Assembly (NCBI GenBank): GCA_937944065.1
Contig: CALDZS010000102.1
Span: 1 to 39,587 of the forward strand
DNA: 39,587 nucleotides
Source of the DNA: an uncultured Amylibacter sp.
GTDB lineage: Bacteria > Pseudomonadota > Alphaproteobacteria > Rhodobacterales > Rhodobacteraceae
Direction: 5' to 3'
Shown: one piece after another, positions 28,629 through 37,903 of the stretch
Layout of the letters: every line of letters begins with the position of its first letter
Position numbering within the stretch: the stretch's first letter is position 1
Program-made: the position numbers and the translations under genes
The notes under the pieces: model-generated
Told to the model about the DNA's origin: nothing
Database searches by the model: none
Seen by the model: only the letters and a program-made list of their open reading frames with translations

Positions 28629-29195
28629 ATGACTGATGCTCAAAGCTTAAATGGTAAATTACTAATTGCGATGCCTGGAATGCAAGATACGCGGTTTGAG
28701 AAGTCAGTGATCTACATGTGTGCACATTCCGAAGACGGTTCAATGGGGCTGATAATTAACAAACCTGTCCAAGAGCTCAGCTTTGCCGATCTTCTGTCCC
28801 AACTGGGAATTAAACCAGCCCGTCCAATAGATGGGGTGGACGTACATTTTGGTGGACCCGTTGAACATGGGCGCGGATTTGTTTTACATTCCTCTGACTA
28901 TGCTGAAGCATCAGAAACGCTGCAAGTTAACGAAGAGTTTGGCATGACAGCATCGCTAGATATTCTTGAAGACATCTCAAATGGCGAAGGTCCCGTGCAA
29001 TGCTTGTTGGCGCTGGGTTATGCAGGTTGGGGGCCAGGGCAGCTAGAGGATGAGTTGCGCGCGAATGGTTGGTTGATTGCGGATGCGTCACCGAAGCTGG
29101 TGTTTAACAAAGACAATGAAGCGACTTGGCAGGCTGCAATTGAAAGTATTGGGATTGATCCAAGATTACTATCCTCAACAGGTGGAACTGCCTAA
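28629..29195 (+). CDS. YqgE/AlgH family protein
   Basis: LLIAMP, GSMGLIINKP, GGPVEHGRGFVLH, LGYAGWGPGQLEDEL. Confidence 0.95.
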   Translation: MTDAQSLNGKLLIAMPGMQDTRFEKSVIYMCAHSEDGSMGLIINKPVQELSFADLLSQLGIKPARPIDGVDVHFGGPVEHGRGFVLHSSDYAEASETLQVNEEFGMTASLDILEDISNGEGPVQCLLALGYAGWGPGQLEDELRANGWLIADASPKLVFNKDNEATWQAAIESIGIDPRLLSSTGGTA

Positions 29196-30148
29196 GGCCG
29201 CGGCGCTGCGGCGCGATCCAAGCGATCGTTTATGGCGACCCCCAATCCGATCATAGGAATTGGGGCAACGGCGATTGATTTTTTCCCCATCTTTTCAGAC
29301 AGATCATCGGCGATGTGAAGGTAGGCGAACAGGTTTGATGCAGCTTCTGCAAGATCAGCACTGGGAGACAAATTAAGATCACCAACAACCGAACCGAAAC
29401 CCAAATGGAATTGAGTTTCCGTAGCCTTTTGTCGATTCATTTCCACAAATGCATTTGGCGCATAATGCGATAATAATTGCCCCGGCGCGGTTGGTGCATC
29501 AGCATTGAATTGTGCGGTTACTGCGTGGCCCAATACCGCTTCAATTTGATCTTGGGAAATCCCACCATGACGCAACAGTGAGACATTTTTTCCCCCGCTT
29601 ACAATTGTTGACTCTACACCGATCTTGCAAGCGCCTCCGTCTATTATTGCATCAATCTCGCCGTCTAAGCCGTTGATAACATGTGCTGCGGTTGTGGGGC
29701 TTATCTGACCAGAAGGGTTGGCAGATGGGGCCGCCAAGGCACCACCAAAAGATCGTAACAGTTCTTTAGCTAATGGATGATTCGGAATGCGAACCGCCAC
29801 AGTTGGCAACCCTGCTGTCACTAATTCAGACAGGCCAGATTCAGCCCGAACCGGCAGAACTAAACTTAAGGGACCTGGCCAAAATGCCTCGGCCAATTTC
29901 AAAGCCACATCGGTAAAAATTGCAAATCTTTGCGCAGTATCCAAGTCAGCCACATGAATAATCAAGGGGTTAAATGACGGCCTGCCTTTGGCCGCAAAGA
30001 TGCTTGCCACTGCCAATCCGTTGCAGGCATCCGCACCCAGCCCATATACGGTTTCGGTCGGAAACGCGACGATTCCACCCGCCGCAAGAATACCTGCGGC
30101 GATCGCCACGTCAGAATCTGTATTTTGCAATCGTAACGTTGCGGGCAT
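29192..30148 (-). CDS. sua5: L-threonylcarbamoyladenylate synthase (Sua5 type)
   Basis: VAFPTETVYGLGA, KGRPSFNPLIIH, APSANPSG, ESTIV, PGQLLSHYAP, AINDRL.RAA. Confidence 0.93.
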   Translation of the reverse strand: MPATLRLQNTDSDVAIAAGILAAGGIVAFPTETVYGLGADACNGLAVASIFAAKGRPSFNPLIIHVADLDTAQRFAIFTDVALKLAEAFWPGPLSLVLPVRAESGLSELVTAGLPTVAVRIPNHPLAKELLRSFGGALAAPSANPSGQISPTTAAHVINGLDGEIDAIIDGGACKIGVESTIVSGGKNVSLLRHGGISQDQIEAVLGHAVTAQFNADAPTAPGQLLSHYAPNAFVEMNRQKATETQFHLGFGSVVGDLNLSPSADLAEAASNLFAYLHIADDLSEKMGKKSIAVAPIPMIGLGVAINDRLDRAAAPRP

Positions 30149-30237
30149 TCGGTGCCGTTCCTTTGGGTTTGATATGGTCGGTCGCGCGCTTTTAGTATAG
30201 TCCGATTGTAATTACTAGCACGTCAGGACAAGCGCCC

Positions 30238-31269
30238 ATGTCACAGCCGATCTTACACCCCTTCGAGGTACCACCAGCCGAGGGCGAAGCGATTGAAGTT
30301 GCAGATGGTATCTTGTGGATACGCCTGCCGCTGCCGATGGCGCTGGATCATGTGAATATCTATGCCCTGCGCGACGGCGACGGGTGGTGTATTGTCGACA
30401 CCGGTTATCATTCTAAGCGCGGCGTTGAATTGTGGGAACGCCTATGCGCTGGCGTACTGGAAGGACGTCCAATAAACCGCGTTTTCCTCACGCATCATCA
30501 TCCAGATCATGTGGGGATGGTTGGTTGGTTACAGACCGTGAAAGGGGCAGAGCTGTGGACAAGTCGGACTGCATGGTTGCTGTCACGGATGTTGACATTG
30601 GACACCCAAGAAATCTGGCCACCAGAAACGTTGGCGTTCTATAAAGGCGCTGGGATGGATGCGGATTTGTACGAAGCGCGCCGTGCGTCTCGTCCGTTTA
30701 ACTATTCCGATATCGTGTATCCAATGCCCTTGGGTTTTCGCCAAGTGAACGAGCAAGAAGTTATCACGATCGGAGATCGTGATTGGATTGTACGCATGGG
30801 CGACGGCCACGCGCCAGAACAGGCAACATTATGGTGCGAAGCGGATAACATCGTGATCGCAGGTGATCAGATTTTGCCACGCATCTCGCCCAATATCGGG
30901 GTCTATCCAACCCAACCGATGGCTGATCCGTTGTCCGAATGGCTGACAAGTTGCGAGAAATTTGCAAAAGTCGCCAATGAGGATCAGTTGGTTTTGGGTG
31001 GTCATAAGTTGCCGTTCACTGGACTGCCGACGCGGTTACGTCAGTTGATCGATAATCATCACGGTGCGTTGAAGCGTTTACAGTCTCATCTTGAAACACC
31101 GCGCACTGCGGTTGGATGTTTTGACAATCTGTTCAAACGGAAAATTGGCGAAGGCGAATACGGATTGGCGATGGTTGAAGCGATTGCGCATCTGAACCAC
31201 CTATTGCTACAAGAAAAAGTGATGCGTACCATGGACGCGGATGGTGTATGGCAGTGGCAGTCAGTTTGA
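30238..31269 (+). CDS. MBL-fold metallo-hydrolase
   Basis: THHHPDHVG (HxHxDH), GHAPE, GDQILP, GH motif. Confidence 0.92.
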   Translation: MSQPILHPFEVPPAEGEAIEVADGILWIRLPLPMALDHVNIYALRDGDGWCIVDTGYHSKRGVELWERLCAGVLEGRPINRVFLTHHHPDHVGMVGWLQTVKGAELWTSRTAWLLSRMLTLDTQEIWPPETLAFYKGAGMDADLYEARRASRPFNYSDIVYPMPLGFRQVNEQEVITIGDRDWIVRMGDGHAPEQATLWCEADNIVIAGDQILPRISPNIGVYPTQPMADPLSEWLTSCEKFAKVANEDQLVLGGHKLPFTGLPTRLRQLIDNHHGALKRLQSHLETPRTAVGCFDNLFKRKIGEGEYGLAMVEAIAHLNHLLLQEKVMRTMDADGVWQWQSV

Positions 31270-31284
31270 GGATTGAGGATCGAG

Positions 31285-31755
31285 ATGGGCACGGGAATTA
31301 AAACAACGGCAGAAGCGATCGAATCTGCAGCATTGTGCGATGCATATGCTGTTCATGTTGATAAAAAGGGGAACATAACCTCTGAAAAACCTGCGCCAGA
31401 AGGGTTCCAAGCGCCCGATTTGTCCAAAAAGTCACCTGCCGAATGGGCTTATGAGCGCATCGTTTTGTATATTAAGAAATTCGAAGAAACTTTGGACAGT
31501 GACCATGAAGTTGGCATGGGGTTTGCGGCTGGTGATGTTGGATCGTTGAAAATTCAAGGTATGGGTTATTTCGCGCCTGACGTCGTGACTTTTTATGGCG
31601 AAGATGGTGATGGGTCCAAAATGCAGTTGATACAACATGTCAGCCAACTGAATGTGATGCTGGTTGCCGAAACCAAAGCCGGCGAGCCTGAAGAGGCGCC
31701 AACCCGGATTGGTTTCAAGCTGGCGCAAGATTTGGAAGACGCGAAAAAATCCTAA
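31285..31755 (+). CDS. DUF6173-like conserved hypothetical protein
   Basis: FEETLD..HEVG, MGYFAPD...FYG, LIQHVSQLNVML, RIGF C-terminal motif. Confidence 0.75.
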   Translation: MGTGIKTTAEAIESAALCDAYAVHVDKKGNITSEKPAPEGFQAPDLSKKSPAEWAYERIVLYIKKFEETLDSDHEVGMGFAAGDVGSLKIQGMGYFAPDVVTFYGEDGDGSKMQLIQHVSQLNVMLVAETKAGEPEEAPTRIGFKLAQDLEDAKKS

Positions 31756-31818
31756 ACAGGACTTTGCAATTTTGTGAGTTTTGTGGAATAGACAGAAAAA
31801 CTAAGAAGGATATTTGCA

Positions 31819-31959
31819 ATGGCTAAAAACAAACACGAACATGGTTCAATGGACGTATCAGATCACCAAGCTGTTTTCGAGGGTTTCATCCGCGTAGGCA
31901 CCATCATTGGTGCAGTTTCAATTGGCGTCCTGATTTTCCTGGCACTGTTTAATTCTTAA
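31819..31959 (+). CDS. aa3-type cytochrome c oxidase subunit IV (46 aa, not in ORF track)
   Basis: AAGAAGGA RBS. MAKNKHEHGSMDVSDHQAVFEGFIRVGTIIGAVSIGVLIFLALFNS* matches the HxHGSMD...F.GF + single TM pattern of Rhodobacter/Paracoccus subunit IV. Confidence 0.9.
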   Translation: MAKNKHEHGSMDVSDHQAVFEGFIRVGTIIGAVSIGVLIFLALFNS

Positions 31960-31980
31960 TTTAATCCGCTAGGAATAGTT

Positions 31981-32556
31981 ATGCACCGCATGAAGTCTGT
32001 GTTGGTTTTGGTATCCTTGTGCGCGCTTTCAGCATGCGCGAAATCAGTCTATGCCCCTGATATTGACGTGCAAAAGCGTGCTTATGTCAGCCCAGAACGA
32101 CCTTATCTAGAACTTTGGACGATGATTAACAACAAAACGGGTGGTGGTGGTCACAGCTCGTTGGTTGTGAACGGTGGACCACAACTGGTCATGTATGACC
32201 CAGCTGGCCGTTGGTGGCATTCAACCATACCCGAACGGAATGATGTTTTGTTTGGCCTGACACCTAAGATGCAAAAACGCTATAAATCTTGGCATGCGCG
32301 CGACACACATCATGTGGTCACACAACGCATATACGTTTCTGAAGATATCGCAATGCAGGCCTATCAAGCGGCGTTAGATCAGGGCGCGTCTATGGACGCC
32401 ATGTGCGCCAGCAATGTCAGCGCCTTGTTCAGTAAGATCGAGGGATTTGCGAATTTGCCAAACGCAATGTTTCCAGCGAAGCTTATGAAACGGTTTGGCG
32501 CGTTGCCAAATGTTACAACTGACAAGTATTACGAAACGGACGTTGGTAACAACTAG
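31981..32556 (+). CDS. Hypothetical lipoprotein
   Basis: Lipobox LSAC after a short hydrophobic signal; AGGA RBS. Confidence 0.82.
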   Translation: MHRMKSVLVLVSLCALSACAKSVYAPDIDVQKRAYVSPERPYLELWTMINNKTGGGGHSSLVVNGGPQLVMYDPAGRWWHSTIPERNDVLFGLTPKMQKRYKSWHARDTHHVVTQRIYVSEDIAMQAYQAALDQGASMDAMCASNVSALFSKIEGFANLPNAMFPAKLMKRFGALPNVTTDKYYETDVGNN

Positions 32557-32559
32557 GCC

Positions 32560-32587
32560 AAAAAAGGCGCGCCCTTGATGGCGCGCC
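32560..32587 (-). terminator. Intrinsic terminator (dodecin gene; possibly bidirectional)
   Basis: GGCGCGCC-CTTGAT-GGCGCGCC hairpin preceded by an A6 tract on the + strand. Confidence 0.7.
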
Positions 32588-32594
32588 AAATTCA

Positions 32595-32795
32595 TCATTT
32601 CACAGCGAACGTGATTTTCAATGTGACGCGGTATCCTGTCACTTTACCACCATCAACTCTCACAGACTGATCTTTGACCCAAGCCGAAGATATATTGTCT
32701 ACGGATTTTGAGGCGCGTGCGACCCCCTCGCGTGCTGCATCTTCCCAAGATTTCTCGGATTCTGCCATCACTTCGATTACTTTCATGACACTCAT
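32595..32795 (-). CDS. Dodecin family flavin-binding protein
   Basis: MSVMKVIEV.A.S.KSWEDAA..GV.RASKSV...YRVTLKITF; GGAG RBS. Confidence 0.92.
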   Translation of the reverse strand: MSVMKVIEVMAESEKSWEDAAREGVARASKSVDNISSAWVKDQSVRVDGGKVTGYRVTLKITFAVK

Positions 32796-32870
32796 TGGTC
32801 GTCTCCTCTATAAATGAATAGGGTTAACCTAAGCAGTCTTTGTGAAATAGCAACCAAAGGTCACAAAATG

Positions 32871-32902
32871 AAAAACCCCCAAGCCGTTAAGCGAGGGGGT
32901 TT
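32871..32902 (-). terminator. Intrinsic terminator of rpsU
   Basis: AAACCCCC...GGGGGTTT stem with an A tract (U tract on the - strand), 40 bp past the rpsU stop. Confidence 0.75.
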
Positions 32903-32941
32903 GACATCAAAATCCAAAAGGACTTCTAAATTCGTTTGGTA

Positions 32942-33148
32942 TTATAGCATACCTTCGCGTTGTAGCTTTTTACGAGCCAACTTGCGTGCACGACGAACTG
33001 CTTCAGCCTTTTCACGAGCTTTCTTGATCGACGGTTTCTCAAAATGTTGCTTAAGCTTCATTTCACGGAACACGCCTTCACGTTGCAATTTCTTCTTCAG
33101 CGCACGAAGCGCTTGGTCGACATTGTTATCACGAACCTGTACCTGCAT
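32942..33148 (-). CDS. rpsU: 30S ribosomal protein S21
   Basis: [31 protein letters not shown]...FEKPS. Confidence 0.98.
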   Translation of the reverse strand: MQVQVRDNNVDQALRALKKKLQREGVFREMKLKQHFEKPSIKKAREKAEAVRRARKLARKKLQREGML

Positions 33149-33244
33149 GTGGTTTTCACCACCTTTCTAGAGTTAGAGTTGCGTAAACGCAGGAAATCGC
33201 CGTATAGCAAGGGCAAGATATCTTGTCGAGTCAGGAGTTGGCAT

Positions 33245-33937
33245 ATGAAACGCAAGACAGAAACAGATCACATCGCCGATACGCGTGCCGCACTGGTGCA
33301 AGCGGCACTGCCGCACGTGACGTTTGATGGTTGGTCAGATACCACATTTAACCTTGCAGTTACCGATGCTGATGTGGATGCAGGATTGTCCATGCAGGCT
33401 TGCCCGCGCAAAGGTCTGGATTTGGCAATTGCCTATCACCGCACCGGTGACGCTGGTTTGGCTGCGCTGTTGGCAAAGACTGATTTGGCAGATATGCGGT
33501 TTCGTGATCGTGTCGCTTACGCCATAAAAGAACGGTTGCTAGCAGCAGATAAAGAGGCGGTGCGCCGTGGCATGGCGCTGTTTGCTTTGCCGCAGAACGC
33601 ACCCGAAGGTGCGAAACTATTATGGGAAACAGCCGATACGATTTGGATCGGATTGGGCGACACGTCTGATGATCTGAACTGGTACACTAAGCGGGCATCC
33701 TTGTCGGCAGTGTATTCTTCGACCGTGTTGTTTTGGTTGGGAGATACATCAGAAAATGCCCAAGACACGTGGGATTTTCTGGATCGCCGCATTGAAAATG
33801 TTATGCAGTTTGAAAAACTAAAAGCTCGCTTTAAAGACACGCCAATTGCCAAAGGGCTGAACGGTTTGTTTGACAAAGTAACGGCACCCTCAAAAACAGC
33901 GCCAGCGGATTTGCCGGGCCACATTAAAAACAGCTAA
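33245..33937 (+). CDS. COQ9 family ubiquinone biosynthesis lipid-binding protein (rpsU-divergent)
   Basis: HVTFDGWS, WETADTIW..LGDTS.D.NWYTKR..L..VY, FLDRRIENVM. AGGAG RBS before ATG 33245. Confidence 0.92.
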   Translation: MKRKTETDHIADTRAALVQAALPHVTFDGWSDTTFNLAVTDADVDAGLSMQACPRKGLDLAIAYHRTGDAGLAALLAKTDLADMRFRDRVAYAIKERLLAADKEAVRRGMALFALPQNAPEGAKLLWETADTIWIGLGDTSDDLNWYTKRASLSAVYSSTVLFWLGDTSENAQDTWDFLDRRIENVMQFEKLKARFKDTPIAKGLNGLFDKVTAPSKTAPADLPGHIKNS

Positions 33938-33947
33938 GGAATATATC

Positions 33948-34811
33948 ATGGGATTGGGCGGAAAAATTGCCACCTATTATGAAGGCGCGTGGCACGATGA
34001 AAATCTTGCAATCATTGGTGCGGCGGATCACGCAGCGTGGCTGGGGTCGACCGTATTTGACGGGGCGCGTCAATTCGAAGGTGTGCGTCCTGATTTGATG
34101 CTGAACTGTGAACGTATCGTTGCATCGGCGCGTGTCATCGGGCTGACACCATCGATAACAGCACAAGAGATTTTTGATATAACCGAAGAGGGATGCAAAC
34201 GGTTTGCGCCAGACGCTGTTTTGTACATTCGCCCCATGATGTGGGCCAAAGAAGGCACGCCAGGGATAATCGACGTTGACCCAGACAGTACAGGATTTTC
34301 GATCTGCCTAGAGGAGTTGCCGATACCAGAGATTGGTCAGTTTAATCTAGGTGTATCAGAGTTTCGCCGCCCGCGCCAAGATATGGCGCTGACGACAGCC
34401 AAAGCTGGGTCATTATACGCGAATAACGGGCGCATTATGGCGGATGCACGCCGCCGAGGTTTTTCCAATGCGCTGTCCTTGGACGTTGATGGTAATGTTG
34501 CTGAAACGGCCAGCACCAACGTGTTTTTGGTGCGCGATGGAGAGGTTTGGACACCGACACCGAACGGTACATTTTTGAACGGTTTGAATCGTCAGCGGGT
34601 GATCAAACTGCTACGTGCAGATGGATACAAGGTACACGAGGACAGTCTAACGCTAACTGATTTTGATCAGGCGGACGAAATTTTCTGCACTGGCAATATC
34701 GCAAAGATCATGCCAGTGGCGCGCTATCTTGATCGCAGTATGGGCGCGTGTCCGGTGACAATGAAAGCAAGAGAACTGTATTGGGATTTCGCCCATTCGA
34801 AAGGATCTTAA
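33948..34811 (+). CDS. Class IV aminotransferase (branched-chain amino acid aminotransferase-like)
   Basis: VFDGAR, LYIRP, PLP lysine AKAGSLY, AETASTNVF, FLNGLNRQ, ADEIFCTGN. Confidence 0.92.
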   Translation: MGLGGKIATYYEGAWHDENLAIIGAADHAAWLGSTVFDGARQFEGVRPDLMLNCERIVASARVIGLTPSITAQEIFDITEEGCKRFAPDAVLYIRPMMWAKEGTPGIIDVDPDSTGFSICLEELPIPEIGQFNLGVSEFRRPRQDMALTTAKAGSLYANNGRIMADARRRGFSNALSLDVDGNVAETASTNVFLVRDGEVWTPTPNGTFLNGLNRQRVIKLLRADGYKVHEDSLTLTDFDQADEIFCTGNIAKIMPVARYLDRSMGACPVTMKARELYWDFAHSKGS

Positions 34812-34824
34812 GGATTGTGATTCG

Positions 34825-35694
34825 TCACTTTGCCTGAACTTCGCCCCAATAAGATGTGGCCACGATATTCGCGCCGTTGAGACCTTGCGCCTTGATCTCT
34901 GCCAATATCTCTTCGGCTTTGGCATAGCTGATATTGCTGCCATAGGTCGCGGTAATCAGACCAGAATCACGTCGAAACAAGTGCAGCTTGGATGGTGCCA
35001 CGGCCAATCTTTCTGCCATCCGAAGGCGAGCCGTTTTCGCGGCTTTTTCATCCCTTGTGCTGAACAAAGCCACACCATAAATGCCTGGAATATCTTTGTT
35101 TCCAGCGCGCTGAACGGCCAACATGGATTGCACTACCTCTAGGTTTGACTTGGCTAGTTTTGATCCAAGGCGCATGGCTTTTTCAAAGTTTTTTTGTGCT
35201 TTTTCGAATTGGCGCGTGGTCAGATAAGCAAAGCCAGTATTGTTATAGACCTTGGTCTTTGTTGCATCTGGCAAAGTCAAAAAGGTTGGGTTCGCCTGTT
35301 GTGTCTCGAAATTGGAAATTGCGGGATCGTACTGCTTTGTCTTCAGATATGTGTAGCCCAAAATGTTATGGATCGCTTGTTTGCTGTGATCTTCTGGAGT
35401 GGCTATTTCTGCGGCAACAGACAATGACTCGATTGCTGCGTTAAACTCTTCTAGATTTATCGCAACGCGACCAAGCTCGTAGAGCACGCAAAAATTTTGA
35501 GGAGCTTGACGATCCAGTGCTCGTAGCGCTGCTTGCGCCCTTAGATAATTTGCGTCTTCGCGCAGTTTGATCGCTTCCATCAGCGCAATATGATCGGGGG
35601 TCGAAGGGGCAAAGCCGTGATCACACCCCTCGGCAAAGGCCGTCTGTGCTGTGATGGTGAAAAATACTGCGGTGGTGATCAAGAAGTGTTTCAA
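34825..35694 (-). CDS. Secreted TPR-repeat protein with SPOR-like C-terminal domain
   Basis: Signal peptide ending AFA. Three TPR units (VLYELGRVA, IHNILGYTY, VYNNTGFAY). C-terminal beta-alpha-beta-beta-alpha-beta pattern. TTG start overlapping the upstream TGA. Confidence 0.82.
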   Translation of the reverse strand: MKHFLITTAVFFTITAQTAFAEGCDHGFAPSTPDHIALMEAIKLREDANYLRAQAALRALDRQAPQNFCVLYELGRVAINLEEFNAAIESLSVAAEIATPEDHSKQAIHNILGYTYLKTKQYDPAISNFETQQANPTFLTLPDATKTKVYNNTGFAYLTTRQFEKAQKNFEKAMRLGSKLAKSNLEVVQSMLAVQRAGNKDIPGIYGVALFSTRDEKAAKTARLRMAERLAVAPSKLHLFRRDSGLITATYGSNISYAKAEEILAEIKAQGLNGANIVATSYWGEVQAK

Positions 35695-36233
35695 AACCCG
35701 CTCTCCCGTTCTGTGGACGCACCTGGCGTGATCGCGGCGTTCCTACTGACAAGAGTTTGCTGTAAAGAGGCGACTTCGGCTTCTAGCCCACTGATAATGT
35801 CTTTGATTTTGCCGAAGTCCAAATCGACCGTTCCAGAGGGCACTTTAGTGTCACGGATCAGAATACGTTTATCTCCGCCGCCCATATCCTCTTGGCTCCA
35901 TGCCAAAAATTCGCCGTTGATGCGCAGTCTCAGCTTGTCTGAGTGGCGAAAATTAATGGGGCGCGTGTCAAGGGTCAACAAAACTGTTTCGGCGCGCGGC
36001 GGAAAGAGTTGTTGAATTAACGTTTGGGAAAGACCTGCGGCCATCACCAACGCAGATAGATACATAAATCGCGTGATGGCGTCTTTTTGGGTGTTTAGAA
36101 TTTCTATCGGCCGATCTGAAGTTTCGACCAGTTTCTGCAAAAGCTTGTAGGCCAGATACATCAGTATGACAGCAAAACCGACAAAACCGGTTTGTAACAA
36201 ATCAACTATATTTACACCGAATAGACCTTTCAT
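35691..36233 (-). CDS. Hypothetical 2-TM membrane protein with C-terminal coiled coil
   Basis: GGAGG RBS before ATG 36233. Two hydrophobic helices, a soluble domain and a heptad tail. Confidence 0.8.
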   Translation of the reverse strand: MKGLFGVNIVDLLQTGFVGFAVILMYLAYKLLQKLVETSDRPIEILNTQKDAITRFMYLSALVMAAGLSQTLIQQLFPPRAETVLLTLDTRPINFRHSDKLRLRINGEFLAWSQEDMGGGDKRILIRDTKVPSGTVDLDFGKIKDIISGLEAEVASLQQTLVSRNAAITPGASTERESGF

Positions 36234-36357
36234 AACGTCCTCCAAGGCTGCACAAGAAAAGACATGCAACCTAAAGGAGTGTAGCAGGGGTGCGCATTAT
36301 TGACTGTGACGAACCTCACGCAACCAGCGAAATGATGGGTGAACGTTACGCTGAACG

Positions 36358-36987
36358 CTAGCGGATAGGTGCCATGTCGGCGTTGGATAATGAACAATCG
36401 CGCATGTCAGTTCCGCAGTTGCGGAATTCTAGATCCTTGGTCAGGCAAATTCGAATCTCTTGAATACGTTTGGCTTTGCAAGTTGCCTGCATCTCAGCAT
36501 CATCCAATTCAGGGTTTGCCTCCATGAACGCATCCTCAATCACTTGGGCGGGCAGGCGGATATTTTTCTTGAGTTTGCGCAGAACCTCGGGCCGATTGAT
36601 CATATCATAGGCCTTGCGCGAGAGGTCGTAATACTCTTGTGCAGACAAACCAGTGCATACGCCATGCTTATTCCATTGATGCCAGGCCAGCCCCGAAGAC
36701 CCCATGATATCTGTCATCGATCCTGTCAAAGACTTGGACGGGCGGCGTTCACTGGTTTTACAAAAACTAGGCCAGCCTTGCTCATACTGTGGCCAAAGCC
36801 CGTGCAGTGTGAACCCAAACCCACGCCCTGCATCGCATTGCGGCGATTTGCGGCGGTCGCCTTCGTAAGCGCACCAAGAGGGTGTCCATGACAGCGAGAG
36901 AACATAGAAATCGAAATCCCCTGCGCGCTCACCTTTGGCATGTGCGGGCAAGGCGAACAGAAGGGCAAAAATCAACACTCGAAACAT
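36358..36987 (-). CDS. Ribonuclease T2 family (secreted)
   Basis: Signal peptide; CAS I FTLHGLWP and CAS II HQWNKHGVC; QEIRICL. Confidence 0.95.
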   Translation of the reverse strand: MFRVLIFALLFALPAHAKGERAGDFDFYVLSLSWTPSWCAYEGDRRKSPQCDAGRGFGFTLHGLWPQYEQGWPSFCKTSERRPSKSLTGSMTDIMGSSGLAWHQWNKHGVCTGLSAQEYYDLSRKAYDMINRPEVLRKLKKNIRLPAQVIEDAFMEANPELDDAEMQATCKAKRIQEIRICLTKDLEFRNCGTDMRDCSLSNADMAPIR

Positions 36988-37120
36988 CAGGGCTTTTCCT
37001 TTTGGCGATTCGGGTCTATATAGGCCAAGAATTCCCCCCTTGATACGGAAAGTTCATCGGCCAAAGCGGCTGATACCGGATTCTCGGAACGGGACAGTTG
37101 CATCTAAGAGGACGTAAATC

Positions 37121-37858
37121 ATGGCTCTACCAATTATGGCAAAAGCAACCGCTGTTTGGCTGGTTGATAATACAACACTGACCTTCAAGCAAATCTCTGA
37201 TTTTTGTGGTCTGCACGAGTTGGAAGTGAACGGCATCGCTGACGGTGAAGTGGGTATCGGCATTAAGGGTTTCGACCCGATCGCGAATAACCAACTGACC
37301 AAAGAAGAGATCGCAACGGCAGAGGCTGACCCGATCCACAAGTTGCAGTTGATGTATAATGCAGCCGCTGTAGGCGAAGAAAAGCGCCGTGGTCCGCGCT
37401 ACACACCGTTGTCAAAGCGCCAAGACCGCCCAGCGGGTATCCTGTGGCTGGTAAAATTCCACCCAGAACTGACAGACGGTCAGATTTCCAAGTTGGTTGG
37501 CACCACCAAACCAACGATCCAAGCCTTGCGCGAGCGCACCCATTGGAACATCAACAACATCACCCCGATTGATCCAGTCGCGTTGGGTTTGTGTAAACAG
37601 TTGGAATTGGACGCGGCTGTTCAAAAGGCTGCTAAGAAGGCGGCTAAAGACGGCACGACAATGTCTGACGAAGATCGTGCGAAATTGGTTAGCACAGAGC
37701 AATCGTTGCACATGCCAGCAGAGCCGAAGATCCCTGCTGCACTGGCCGGTTTGGAAACTTTCAGCCTAAACAATGATGACGCTGAAAAGTCAAAAGAAGC
37801 GGTAATTGATGCGGACAACCTGTTCAATCTGCCAGACGCCGACGAAGACGACGATTAA
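37121..37858 (+). CDS. trcR: DUF1013 family protein (TrcR-like cell-cycle transcription regulator)
   Basis: P.MAKATAVWLVDNT.LTF.QI.DFCGLH.LEV, GPRYTPLSKRQDRP, LVGTTKPTI, DPVALGLCKQ. Confidence 0.88.
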   Translation: MALPIMAKATAVWLVDNTTLTFKQISDFCGLHELEVNGIADGEVGIGIKGFDPIANNQLTKEEIATAEADPIHKLQLMYNAAAVGEEKRRGPRYTPLSKRQDRPAGILWLVKFHPELTDGQISKLVGTTKPTIQALRERTHWNINNITPIDPVALGLCKQLELDAAVQKAAKKAAKDGTTMSDEDRAKLVSTEQSLHMPAEPKIPAALAGLETFSLNNDDAEKSKEAVIDADNLFNLPDADEDDD

Positions 37859-37871
37859 GCAATACTGAATT

Positions 37872-37903
37872 CTGCCGCGCAGAACCTAATGCGCGGCAGT
37901 TTC
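37872..37903 (+). terminator. Hairpin terminator after trcR, overlapping the convergent SDR stop
   Basis: 10-bp stem CTGCCGCGCA / TGCGCGGCAG with 8-nt loop, followed by TTT. Confidence 0.65.

Noticed and set aside
33044-33244. N-terminal extension of the COQ9 ORF in the track
   Set aside because: Overlaps rpsU on the opposite strand; an AGGAG RBS supports ATG 33245.
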